From: Lama guanicoe
Taxonomy: Eukaryota
DNA length: 64,000 bases
Reading direction: 5' to 3'
NCBI GenBank assembly: GCA_013239625.1
Contig: MU053561.1
Coordinates: 4,341,992 to 4,405,991 of the forward strand
Made by a program: the position numbers and the translations under genes. Shown piece by piece: positions 13,401 to 27,900 of the stretch; position 1 is the first letter of the stretch; the number at the start of each line of letters is the position of its first letter. The notes under the pieces were generated by a model, which did not search any database, was not told where the DNA came from, and worked only from the letters and a program-made list of their open reading frames with translations.

Positions 13401-16400
13401 TGCAGATCAATGAAACAGAATAGAGAGCCCAGAAATGAACCCACAGACCTAACAATCAATTAATCTTCAACAAAGGAGGCAAGAATATACAATGGAGAAG
13501 ACAGTCCTGTCAACAACTGGTAGTGAGAAAACTGGACAGCTGCGTGTAAATCAATGAAGTTAGAACACTCCTTCACACCATACACAAAAATATGTCAAAA
13601 TGGCTTAAATACTTAAATATAAGACAAGACACTATAAACTTCCTGGAAGAAAACATAGGCAAAACATTTTCTGACATAAATTTCAGCACTGTTCTCCTAG
13701 GTCAGTCTACTCAGGCAATAGAAATAAAAGCAAAAATGGACATTTGGGACCTAGTTAAACTTATAAGCTTTCACACAGTGAAGGAAACTATAAGCAAAAC
13801 AACCTATGAATGGGACAAAATATTTGCAAAAGATGAGACTGACAAAGGTTTAATTTCCAGAATATATAAATAGCTCATACAACTTAATAACAAAAAAAAA
13901 CCAAACAACCCAATCCAAAAATGGGCAGAAGATCTAAACAAGTAATTCTCCAATGAAGATATACAAAAGGCCAATAGGCACATGAAAAAATGCTCAATAT
14001 CACTAACTAAAAGAAATGTAAATCAAAACTACAATGAGGTATCACTTCACACCAGATGGAATAGCCATCATTCAAAAGTCCACATATGATAAATGCTGGA
14101 GAGGGTGTAGAGAAATGGGAACCCTCCTACACTGCTGGTGGGAATGCAGTTTTGTGTGGCTATTATGGAAAAACAGTGTCAAAATTCCTCAAAAAACTAA
14201 AAGCAGACTTACCATATAATCTAGCAATTCCACTTCTGGGTATATATCCAGAGGGAAGTCTAATTTTAAAAGATACATGCACCCCAACGTTTATAACAGC
14301 ACTATATACAATAGCCATGACATGGAAACAACCTAAAAGCCCACAGACAGATGACTGGATAAATAAGCTATGGTATATTTAACAATGGAATACTACTCAG
14401 CCATAAAAAAGAATAAAATAATGCCATTTGCAGCAACATGGATGACCCTGGAGATCATCATTCTAAGTGAAGTAAGCCAGAAAGAGAAAGAAAAAAATCA
14501 CATGATATCACTCATATGTGGAATCTAAAAAAAAGAAAAAAGACACTAATGAACTTATCTACAAAACAGAAATAGACTCATAGACATAGTAAACAATTTT
14601 ATGGTTACCAGGGGAAAGGGGCTGAAAGGGATAAATTGAGAGCTTGACATTTGCAAATACTAACTAGCATGTATAAAATAAACAAGTTTCTTCTTTATAG
14701 CACAGGGAACTGTATTCAATATCTTATAGTATCCTATCATGAAAAAGAATATGAAAACAAATATATGTATGTATATGTATGACTGAAACATTATGCTGTA
14801 CACCAGAAATTGACACATTGTAAACTTATTATACTTCAATTTTTAAAAAATTACTGGGCACAGCAAAAGATAAAGACAAATCACTAAAAAATACAATTAA
14901 AAAGAAATAGAGGGGGTAGGGTATAGCTCAAGGGGTAGAATGCATGCTCATATGCACAGGGTCCTGGGTTTAATCCCCAGTACTGCCTCCAAAAATAAAT
15001 AAATAAAGGTAATTACCACCCCTTCCAAAGAAAAAAAAAACCTATGTAAATAAAGTCACCCAGAAAATGTAAAGAAAAAAATATTTTAAAAAAGAGAAAT
15101 AGAAGGTAGAATGGTGGTTATCAGGCGCTGGAGGGAAGAGGGAATGGGGAGTTACTGCTTAATGGATACAGAGTTTCAGTTTTGCAAGATGAAGAGTTCT
15201 TGAGAAATATACTGGTGATGACTGCATAACAGTGCGACTCTATCTATGCCATTGAACTGTACACTTAAAGCAATTAAGATGGTAAATTTTATGTTATGTA
15301 TACTTTATCATAGTTTTAAAAAAACAGAAACAGACCAACAGGTGAGCCAGATATTGATGTAAAAAGAAAGTAGCTATAAAATATTAATTATTAATATATT
15401 CAAAAGGATGAGATGTCATTTTTAAAAGAGGAGAATTTAACCAGAGAAGTGGAATCTTAAGAAAAAGAATAAAACAAATTTAGAAGGAAAAAAATATGAT
15501 TAAAGTGCAGAATTCAGTAGATGGGTTTAAAAACAAATTTATAGACACAGCAGAAGGCAGGGTTAGGTAACAGGTCAATAGAAGATCTCTAAGTCGAAAC
15601 AAAGAGAAAAACAAAATACATACACATGGGAAACAATGAAAAGTAACTTAAATGAATAAATTTCAGTGCTTATGAATCTGCAGAATCACACAGTACTAGT
15701 TATTTATCACCAAAAAGTTGTTTCCAGTTTATATGATAAGACCAAATATTCATTCTTCCCAATACCTATTGAATTCCTATTATACATACATAGCAATATG
15801 CTGGGCACTCGAGTTAAAAAGATACTTAGTGAGACACAGTGCCTGCCCTCAAGATACTCATAGGAGACACACAAGTAATGCTTAAGCCACTCTAAATAAC
15901 AAGGAGCTCCCTGGGCATATATCCAGAAGGAATTCTACTTCAAAAAGACACCTGCACCCCAATGTTCATAGCAGCACTATCTACAATAGCCAAGACATGG
16001 AAACAGCCTAAATGTCCATCAACAGATGACTGGATAAAGAAGATGTGGTGTATTTATACAATGGAATGCTATTCAGCCATAAAAACCAACAGCATGATGC
16101 CATTTGCTGCAACATGGATGTCCCTGGAGAGTGTCATTCTAGGTAGGGTGATCCAGGAGGAGAGAGAGGGATACCGTGTGAGATCGTTCATACGTGGAAT
16201 CTTAAAAAAAAAAAAAAGGAGCATGGATATGGAACAGAGACAGACTCATGGATGTGGAGTGCAGGCTTCTGGTTGCCAGGGGGGAGGGGGCTGGGAGGGG
16301 ATAGACTGGGAGTTCAAGGTTTGTAGATACTGACAGGCATATGCAGAATAGATAAACAAGATTATACTGTATAGCACAGGGAAATATATACAAGATCTTG

Positions 16401-19400
16401 TGGTAGTTCACAGCAAAAAAAAATGTGACAATGAATATATGTATGTTCATGTGTAACTGAAAAATCGTGCTCTACACTGGAATTTAACACAACATTGTAA
16501 AATGACTGTAACTCAATAAAAAAAAGGTTTAAATAAGTAAATAATCAGGAGCTCACTAGAATTTCGCCAACAGATTTAGAGACAAGGCAGGAGGTTCATT
16601 TTGGGTAGCGAAAGTAGCCAAAATCATGATGGTGAGATAGTAAGAACATAAAATGTAAGGGAACTTGAAACAATTTTAACATATCTGGAGTATAAGATAC
16701 AGTGATGACAGTAAGGTGAAATGAGCAGGCATAGATTAGCTGGAATTAGATAATTATTTGCCAAATAAAGAAGAGAAAATGTTTTTAAGAGAAAAGGGAA
16801 AAAAATGCCACAAGATTTCTATGATGTTTTGAAAGGGGCACAGTATTTTACAAAGTGTATTATGCATTTCAAGTGCCTTACCACTCGAACAAGTTTGAAA
16901 AATATTCAATAATAAGATAGTCTAAACATAACATGACACTAAAGATCCTTCATAATCTGATGCAAACATTTTTTTCCAGTCTCATCTGAGTTCTTGAAGA
17001 TAGACAATATAGAAACCAGTGTTTCAAATATACTCTTTCACACTCCAATGACTTGCATAAACCATTTTTTTCTGCCTATACTCTCTCCTCCAATTCACTG
17101 TCTTGTGAATCTTTAATCATCCAAGGTCTAGTTCAATAAAAAATTTTCCCTTAATGCCTTTCCAAATGCCTTTCCCCAAGAATAATTAATAATTCCCTCC
17201 ATAATGCTCCCTAAGTATTCATTTATTTATAAAATATATGAGTGCCTAATATATGCCAGGCACTGTTCTAGGCACTTGAAATGTATCACTGAACAAAGAC
17301 AGACAAAGATCCCTGTTTTCATGGAGCACCTTATTGAAACTCTGAAGAAGGTGAGAATATGGAAAGGGAAAAGAGGAGCATGTATACTTTGAAAAAGCTT
17401 CCTAAGTGACTCTATAATGCCCTCCTCCAACTGGCCCAATCCAGGTTGAGAATTATGGCATTAGAAAGCATTACAACAAAATTGTAATGAAAACTAAATT
17501 TAAAACATAATAAGAGGAATACATAAGACATAGTTATATTTTATTATATAAATCCTTACTTGTCTTTTCCTCTAATTGATTAACTTTATCTCTGGACTCC
17601 TCTAGCAGAAATGTTAAATCTTTCATTTTGTTTTCTTTCTCAGTACTCTGGACCAATAGCAGTGATACCTAAAGTGAAAATTTAAATAATACATTATAGA
17701 CATGAAAATTAAATAAGACACCTTAGCATTTATCACTATCTATGACTATTTTATGTACTTTTTTATATGCTTTTTAGTTGGCTATGCCTGGCATTTAGTA
17801 TGTGCCTGCACAATAAACATTTATTGAATAAAGGAATGAACAAACTAATGCAATATATCCAATATTACAGTATGCATTTTAAGTTATCACTTACAAGATT
17901 ATATATTGAAACCTACTGGTTCATTTGTTCTATAAATATTATTGAGCACCTATTCTGTTCCAAAAACCATAATAAGCATTGAATATACAAAGATGATGGA
18001 ACTTACCTTCAATAAAGTCATAGCCTAGACCAAGAGTCAAACAACTATACTTGAATATTGTCAGTAGCAGAAAAAAAAATATTATAGGAATCAGGAAAAA
18101 AACAACTAAATCAGTCTTAGGGGATGTAATAAAAAAACTAACCCTTCCCAGAACCCTACTTCAGGATGACACCTGCACACCAATGTTCATAGCAGCACTA
18201 TTTACAATAGCCAAGACGTGGAAACAGCCTAAATGTCTATCAACAGATGACTGGATAAAGAAGATGTGGTATATTTATACAATGGAATACTACTCAGCGA
18301 TAAAAGCCGACAACATAACACCATTTGCAGCAACACAGATGTTCCTGGAGAATGTCATTCTAAGCAAAGTAAGCCAGAAAGAGAAAGAGAAATACCATAT
18401 GAGATCACTCATATGTGGAATCTATAAAACAAAAAAAAAGCATAAATACAAAACAGAAATAGACTCATAGACATAGAACACAAACTGGTAGTTGCCAAGG
18501 GGGCGGGGGTGGGAAGGGATAGACTGGGATTTCAAAATTGTAGAATAGATAAACAAAATTATACTGTATAGCACAGGGAAATATATACAAGATCTTATCG
18601 TAGCTCACAGAGATAAAAATGTGACAATGAATATATATATGTTCATGTATAAGTGAAAAATTGTGCTCTACACTGGAATTTGACACAGCATTGTAAAATG
18701 ATTACAAATCAATAAAAAATGTTAAAAAAAAAAAAACTAACCCTTTCCAGAGAAAGAAGTGAATTGAGTCTTGATAGACAAGTACACATTAATCGGGCTC
18801 ACAGAGAAAAATGAGCATTCTAGATTCTTACAAGAACACAAAGGATTAAGAGATCGGGCTTTATTCAAAGAGCTGAAAACATTCAGATGGCTAGAATATA
18901 GAGTGCATGTAAAGAATACATGAAACATAAACTTGTAAACATAAACGAAGACTTGCAGATTCAAGATGGCAGAAAGACCTCTCCACCCTATTTTCAACTT
19001 CAAATCACACAAAAAATAACTAAGAAAACACCAAAGACTTCATCTTCCACTAAACCATGAGACTTCTGTAATCCAAACCGTAACACGTGAAAAAGGAAAA
19101 CAGAAGAAACAGAAAATGATTTAACATAAAAAAGCAAGGTCAAAACTAAAGAGTCTACACAGGGATGATTACAAATGAAAGGAAGATAAATCAATCCCAA
19201 AGAAACTCAATGTTTGAAGAATTAGAAGCAACAGATGCTGTGGAAAACAGGTATGAAACAGAAGACTAAGTACAAGGAAAATGTCTGGAAGTCTGCAAAG
19301 AGTAGTAAGATTTCCCTAGGTCCTCTTACCCTCCTTTCCTGGACTCTACTCCCTGAAAGCCAACGTAGTCAGAACTAACCTACTCTATCTTTGTAAGAGA

Positions 19401-21932
19401 CAGTAGTATGGTAAAATTGAAAAAAAGAATCTCTAAACCTGGGTATTTCAGACACAGGAAGGGGTGGGGACAAAGAATATTAATTGAGATGTCAGCATAT
19501 GGAATGTTGAGACTCAGCCTGTCTTTCCTATCCTGTCAATCCAGCTCCAAAATGCCATCAACAAAGTTTACATTCCCAGGCAGGAATCTGGAGAACTCCA
19601 GAAAAAAAAAAAAAAGTCTTATAAATAATGACATTTAGGAGTCTCCAGCAAAACACTAGATGGCCACACCATCACTTTACAGGGAACTCTCAAAATCTAT
19701 AAGCTCTGCTCATGTACCCAAATCTCCAACAAGCTTTTAGCATTTTATTCTTTTTTTGTGTTCTCTATACTAAGTACAATTTTAACTTTTAAAAAGACCT
19801 CCTTCTTTCAGAAATCTGGTTTAAAAATACAGTTAAAATACAGGAAAAAATAACTCAAAATATCTGAGTATAATACATAAAGTAGAATTCTATCATTTAA
19901 CCAGAACTTTAAGAAAACTTTAAGAATCTTCTCTGCACTTTCAATTAACATGTCATTATTGTTTAAGTAGATTTTCTTGTTATCTATAATTACGAGGTAT
20001 CAGTGGCAAGTCAAATAAAAACTCTGAAAAAGTAGGGGGAAATAGAGAAAAGAGGATTCCTTTCTATATTTTGCTTTCCATTTTGGATTCAGAAGGCTTG
20101 AAACTGATAAAGTTGGCATAATAGTCATATGAAATCAATATTCTTGCGAATGTAAAAAAAACAGACACATCATTTTCAAGTCTCCCACAAGCAAAAGAAT
20201 GTTTTAGTTCCTCTTCATTGGTGTCATGAATCATGTATTTCAAAATTAACTACAAAACGTGGGTTGAGTGGTTAATGATCATTATCTTTACATTTTATGA
20301 GGTTTTTATGTGAACAAAAGTTCTCACAAAATATTTTTGCAGCAATGTCCTAATACCTAATACCCTAATATAAATATTGTAGAAGATGTACTAATTTTTA
20401 AAAAAGTCTAGCATTCAGTATGTGCATATTTGAGTCAACGGAAATTAAGGCAAATAGAAAATATATTTGGATATGTATAATATCAAAATTCTCTCATAGA
20501 AATTTATAATGCAGGCAGCAAATACAAATTGCTCTTGAAATTTTAAGTATCTTATGATTTAGCAACTATAAAGAATACAGAGAATTGATATTTTAAAAAT
20601 ACCTGCTTTTCCTTGTCATTTACTTCCTTCTTGTATTCTTCTTCAAGGTGTTGGATTTTTTCATAATCTTCCTTTACTTTAAAAATAAAACAAATATACT
20701 TAAATATCTTAACGTAATCGTATAACAGACAAAATTTTGAGTTTCTTTTATTTTACTTCACCTCCTTATTTATCTAGATACTAAACCCCAAAGGTTTCTA
20801 AGAAGCTAAAACCGCTGTTTCTGTGCTGCTAACTTTCTGTTTAGTAAAATAATGAATTTAAATAATATCAAAGTTACAGTAACTTACAAAAATTCTGTAA
20901 TTCTTATAACAGCACATATATAAAAGCTTATTCTTTATAACACACTAATATGAAATAACAGATTTTAAACATATATACATAATTATTTTAACATGCAACT
21001 TGACCAAGAAGTGTAAAAATAAGACCAAATCACACTTATGAAATCTTAAATACAAACCATAATTTGATTTCAGGGAAAATGTAGCTTTTGAAGCCAAAAG
21101 GGTATTTTTAACATATATCAGTTCCCTGCCATAATCCACAAGATTTCTGAGGGGCCTACAAAACCATATAGAATACAAAAATTTTTAATAATTTAGGCAT
21201 CAAGCTGAAAGTATGAAAACATTGACAGAATCTAATAAAAATATAAATAGCAGAAGAGTAATATAAAAACTAAGGATCCCTACACTTAAAATGCACGTCC
21301 AGTCTGGAGTTCTCAGCTTGCACACGAAGTTCCTCAAAAGCTATTATCATTTTCTAAAATATAAAGTTTAACTTTTAAGAATTATACTCAGACTTTTTTT
21401 TTCTTTAAACAACAGAAATAATAAATTTGTATCATGTGATCATTAGATTTAAAACTACACAACTTTGAATAATGAAAACCCTATACTTTTTAATAATTAA
21501 ATAATTTACTAAAGTGTATTAACAGTGCCTAATATAGTAGCTTCTTAGATGTTTAAAGGCACTGGAAACACATTATATAATAGCAAACAGCAGCAAAACA
21601 ATTGTTCATAATCTAGTCATCTACTTAATAGCCCATATCAAAATCTGTAATTTTATATTGATTTTTGCTTACTTATTTCTGTCTTCACTAAAGTATAACC
21701 TCAGTGAGATCTCTCCCCATAAGAATCCAAATTATACTTCCATGACCTGGCAGCATGAGTTCATTCAACATTCAACAAATCCTGATTTGTAAAATTGGAT
21801 GAATTCATTTATTCATTTAATAAATAGTTGTTTAGTGTCTATTATGTGATAGGCACTGTTTTCGGCACTTAGGACATAAGACAAAGGCCTTATCATACTA
21901 GAACTAACTTATGTTACAGTGTAAGAAAGAAT

Positions 21933-21964
<32 letters not shown>

Positions 21965-24900
21965 GTATTTCAAATAAATGTGATGTAGTTTTAAGTGCTC
22001 TTCGAAAAAGTTAGACAAAGTGAAGAGATAGAGGATAACTGAATAGAAAGATATTTTAGGTAAAGTAGTAACAGTGGATAATAAAAAAGTAGAATGAAGC
22101 TCATGAGTTTGCATAAGATCTTGGACACAAAAGTTCTATACAGAAGAAACAAATTCAAAGAAGTAAGATCAGAAAGAGGTTAGCAAGTTTGAGAAACGAA
22201 GAAGAAAGGAACAACTATAGCAGAGAAGCAAAGTGGAAAATGACAGAGGATAGGATAAGAATGGTGAACAGGAACCAGACACTGATTAATAATACTTCGC
22301 ATGTTTTTCAAATTAATAGTTGTATGCCAAAATGTGCTAGTCTCTGACACAGTTAATATCTGATAAATGAAGTTAAATATTGACACTAACATGTAAATTC
22401 AAAAACTCCTAAATAGTAATACACTATTACAGGATAGAATCTTGGGAATTTTATTGTATATAATCATGTATCAAAATATAAATAAGAATCCCTTTAGCAA
22501 GAATGACTGTCCATATCTTTGTAGCTATCAATCTATTTGCTAAGAAATGCCTCTGTTTAAAATATTCAAATTTTCACTACCACTTACCTCAATGTTACTA
22601 TTTAGGTCCACATAAACTTGCCTAGTTTCTTCCCGTTCGTATTCATCTATTATAAATACAAAATATTTCAAAATTAAATGTTTAGAACAATTATAATTCC
22701 AACAAGATAATACTCAAATGTCTCGCATAAGCATTAAAATATTTAAAAATCTGTGTTAGTAAAGGGCACTGGTATATCTTTTGAGTCTTTTTAAGTAGCA
22801 TCAAAAGCAGTTTCATAAGTAAGGTATAGTCATACCTCAAAAGCTAGATGTTGTTCAGTTATCTCTAATTTCCTTTTATAGAATTACTATTCACGAGTTT
22901 ATCCAAACTTTGTAAAATATGTTTATAGTTTTAGCCTTTACAATAAGTAGGGATTTAAGAAATAGTCTATAAGGTATTTACCTTTGTATATTTAAGATTC
23001 ATGAAGTACACATGAAAGGCAAAGTTTACTGTTATCTCTGCTCTGTCTCTGAAGAGGCAGAAAGGGAGATAAACCTAAAGACAAGAACAAGTAAAGAATA
23101 GGAGTAGTCCCAAAGAGGAATCTCCGATGGATCCTCTATGATCTTTTTTTTAGGGTTTTTTTTGTTTTTGTTTTTGTTTTTGGGTTTCTTTCTAACCTGA
23201 GCAATGATTCCCTCTAGGTATACCCAAGCCTTGAGTAAAATCAGTAAAACAGTGTTGTTAGGTAGTGCTATAGGGAATTAGCATACAAGGCGGTAAGAGA
23301 AAATGTGGTTTTTTCCCTTTATCATTCCCCCAAGTGAGGCCAAGCATCACAGAAATCACATTAATAAGGAAGGTATTAGTCCCAGTAACAAGCTGCAAAA
23401 TAAGAGAATGGCAACTATGACAGACTCAAATGTCAATGAGGAACCAAACAACTAAAAAGAGGGTACATGAACTAGCTTTAGAAGAATATAAGTATCCTAA
23501 ACCCCTCAAAAATCCTGGAGAGAGCTCTAGACTTATCATAGCATGTGGAACAGAAGCTGAATCACTTTTATTTGAATATTTAAGGGCTGGAAAATTCAAG
23601 GAAATAGAGACAGAACACCTCAGTGTTTCAACAGATAGTTCATCCTTCTCACTCCATTTATTCAGTCTCATATTCACTACCTACACATTTATCAACAAAC
23701 CTTCTCTATTTCTCAGAAACCATTTGTACCAAAGAATTGTATTCTAATGCCAATACCTCTAATCTTCCCATTACCACCATCACCAGTACTTCCAAAATAC
23801 CCTCCAGTCATCCTTCTAATAAGGCAAGTACTGAAAAGTAAATAAGTAAAACTACAGAAAAGAAAATAAATTGGTATAGATGTACTTTACAGTTGTCAGG
23901 AGCAAGTTGCTACAGATAGCATAGAGAAAGGACTTTGGTACAGAGTTCTAATGTAGTAATATAATATTGTAACAATATAAGCCTATCATTTGGGTTTTCT
24001 TGGTATTTATCTACCTATATATCTGTCTGCCCACACCCATCTAATTCCCTTCTTCCTCCTTCCCTCCTGTCTTCCCTCTCTCCTCTCTACTTTTACACAC
24101 ACACACAGACACACACACACACACACTTACTTTGCTCTAATTTGGTGAACTAGATCTTGCTGTGTTCACTGCCTTAAATAAGAGATGATTCAACCAAAAG
24201 CAAAGAAAATGTCTTTGAGTTTCAAAAGCCCAGTGTTGGGGTAAGGGGAAAGATTCAGGATATAAACAAGTAATAGATTTTCAAAATATATAAGTCAGAA
24301 AAAAGTTTCTCATCCTCTAGACCTAAGAAATACTTACTAGTTTGTAAGAAAGAAGCCTTTAAAGGAGAAAGCTGAGAGAGTTTATTAGATTCTGGCAGAT
24401 ACTGAAGAATGAGTTCTGTAGCCCTTTACACTCACCACAGAAACCCCAGACAGTATGGGCAAACCAAGAGCAGAGTGGGATTGTGCTTTTTTTTTCTTCA
24501 GTAGAACTCTAGGAAGATGATAAAATGTGAGAAGAAATGCCTGTGAAATATATCTAGACAGATGGGGCCTTAGCTTCACAATTACCCTTATCCAAGCACC
24601 CTGCACAACTGAGCATGATGGGATAAAGTACAGAGAACCAGCATACCTGAATGGGCCCTGAGGACAGGTATGAGGGACAGCTCAGCAGCAACCCATGTGG
24701 ACCAATAACTGAGTATCAATCAGAATGATGAAAGTCTCAATGGACAGATGACTCAGAAACAAATGTCCCTCTCTAACACATGGTACTATACGGGCACCCC
24801 CAAATTTAAGATATAAAAAATTAATTTTTAACATATTAAGATATAAACATTTTGTGCCTGCTTGAGTTTGTTGACTATAATCATTCAGAATCATATATTC

Positions 24901-27900
24901 TACAAAATTTATCAGAGTACCAGAAAACCAGGCAGAAGGACAGAAAGGGAATTCAGCTACCATAAACAGAGCCATGCAAGGTGAAAACTTTACAAACTGC
25001 TCAGTCACCTGCCACACAACTGTAAATATAAAAAGAGAAATTCAACCACTATACCAAGGTCAACTTATCACCTAGTTTGTTTATTTAGTCTAGGTAGTTC
25101 TTGCTTTTATCAATGATGTAGATATGGTTAGAAAACCTCTATGAGGCTTATGAAAAAATACTGTCAAACAAAGAAAAGGGAACATGAAAGATGTAAAAAG
25201 GAACAATCTATCTCTGAAAATGAACTCTAGAGAATTCAAATGAAAATGTGAGAAAACCATTTGGTATTCTCAACAGAACCAGGAAAATATGGTCTCAATG
25301 AAAGAGGAACACAAAATCATAAAGAACAGGCCACAATATAAATGTGAAAATGACATGAATTAAATAGAAAAATAAATAAGGAGGAAAAGGGCAATACATT
25401 AAATAATGAGAGACTGCAAAGGAACTACAGGTTAGAGGCAGGACAAGAAAGAACTGAAACTTCAAAAGTCAAACTGGAAATACAGAAAACAAATGTAAAC
25501 ATAAAGAGTTGGAAAAAAATATTTAAACAATTAGAGAAATGGAGAACACAGGGGCCAACAAACAAATAATAAGTACACCCAAACAGAAATCAGATCAAAT
25601 GGCCAAAGATATACAAGGCTTTCCCAGTCTAAAGAAAGACTGGTGCATATAGATTGAAATGGCTGTACTGACAAAACTGTGAATTATTAGAATCAAGAAA
25701 ATGCCAGAGTCCTGGCAAGGGGGAAAATATGCACATAAATACATACATTTAGGTTAAAAATATAGGTATAGATATATGGAACCGTGATTATCCCCATTTC
25801 ACAGATTACAAAAGCGTGACACAGAAAAATTATGTTATTTGCCAGAATCTCAAAATAAAAAGTGGCGGTACATAATTAAAACACAGGTCTGCCTAATGAA
25901 ATCCAGTAAGGAAAAAAGCAAAGAATGCTATTTGGATCTAAAAATCTAAATGCACATACAAAGAATGAAGTTTTAAAAAAAGTTGAAGATTTTAATTAAC
26001 AGTGAAGTCACTAAGATTATAATACAATGTGACAATCAAGTAAGCTGACTTTAGAGTTCATTAATGACACCTATAATTACCAAGAAATAGTCCTTTACAC
26101 AGATCAAGTTACACATGAGATTACCTTATACAGGTCTGGACTCCTAAATATAACAAAGATATTCAACAGATCAACCAAAATAACAAAAGCATGAGAATCT
26201 TGAAACATCTAGGCTACGGACAAGATTCAGAAAGGACAAGTAGCCATCTTTAAAGATCTAAAGAGATAGCACATAAAAAATGGCTTAGACTTTTTCTGTA
26301 TGCCTTAAGGAGAAGAATCACAATAAGAAGAGAGAAACTGCAAAGAGATGTAAGTATATAAGATTTTATATAAAAAACAAGAGCTGCCCTCAAATGAACT
26401 TATTTACAAAATACAGACTCACAGACAGACAACAAACTTATGGTTACCAGAGGGGAAAAGGGGTGGAAAGAAATAAATTTGGAGTTTAAGATTTGCAGAT
26501 AATAACTGCTATATATAAAATAGATAACAAGTTTCTACTGTATAGCACAGAGAACTATATTCAGTATCTTGTAGTAACCTAAAATGAAAAAGAATAGGAA
26601 AAGCAATATATGTATGTATATGAATAACTGAAACATTATACTGTACACCAGAAACTGACACAACATTGTAAACTGACTATACTTCAATTTTTAAAAATTA
26701 AAAATTTTAAAAAAGGGGAAAAAAAAAGAAGAGCTGTCCTTAAATGACAATCTTGGGGTTAGTGAACTTCCATCACTGAATATATTCAAACACAAGAAAG
26801 GTTCCCATTTCGTAGTTGTAAAGAAAAAATATTAATTTCCTATAAAGAAAATTAAAGCAATGGAAATGTATGTAGAACAAAAGGCTTTAAAGTCCTTTCC
26901 AACACTAAGTAATTTAGGTTAAGGAGTAAGGCTACAAAAAAAATGTATGCAGTACCTCAAACAGCGAGCTAAAGAATTTTAATATACTTATATGTGCAAT
27001 AGACAGCCATTTAAAGGATTTTTTAAGATACATCTAAGAACAAATCTGTTCTTTATTCATTCATTCATTTATTTATTGCCTACTATCTTCAAAAACACTG
27101 TACAAAGTGTTGAATATACTGAGTCAGATAAGATAGGATCCCTTGCTGCAAGCTTACCGTGAGATGTATAGCATGTAATAGGTACTCAATAAATATTTGT
27201 TGAAGGAATTCATAAACACATGGTAAAGACATACTGAGGGTGGTAAGTGAAAGAAGAGTATTTAAGTTTTTAGATAAGGATTAAAAAATTCGGAAATATT
27301 TTCCAAGGGTAGTTTGAGATTCGAAGGACAAATAGGAATGAACAAGATGAAGAAGGCAGGAGGATTAGCCAATAAAAGAAACAATATATGCAAATACTCA
27401 AAAGCATAATCTGTTAAGAGGTTAACAAGTAGTTCTCCATGAGCATGTATATGTGGTGCATGTGGAAAACATTTGGCAAGGTGAAGTCAAGTGGCATACA
27501 CCATGCTATCCTGAAAACTATGGAAAGCTACTGAAGAAATTAGACAATGACATTATTTGATTTATTTTGAAAAAGCATCTAGGACTTTGCTTTCTGGTAA
27601 TGGCTAAGTAATTCAGAACAATCTTCCTCCTAAAGACAATTAAAACTCTGGAGGAGTTTTTTTAATTATTAAAAGAATCAAAGATCTAAAAATATAATGA
27701 TGAGTCATCAGGCCAAGAATAGGTTGAGGATTATAACTCAGAAAAGCAAAACCAACTTCCAGTGTCAGTCAAGAGGGAGTAAGCCCATTATAGCCTTTCT
27801 CTCTCATTGATTACAACTAAAAACTCTGGATGAAATACATAAAGCAAATACTTGAGGAATCTGAAAAGTAAGCAAAAGCAGGCAGACTGGGAAGAAAAGT

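Noticed and set aside
7035..14850. One full-length active L1
   Set aside because: It is a mosaic of different subfamilies and orientations with many stops and frameshifts, and it lacks the RT core.
18150..18732. APOBEC3 G-to-A editing of this L1 copy as the explanation for the A/G differences
   Set aside because: Other L1 copies in the window (14400-14620, 33850-33990) agree with A at most alignable sites, so the 16050-16320 copy carries the derived state.
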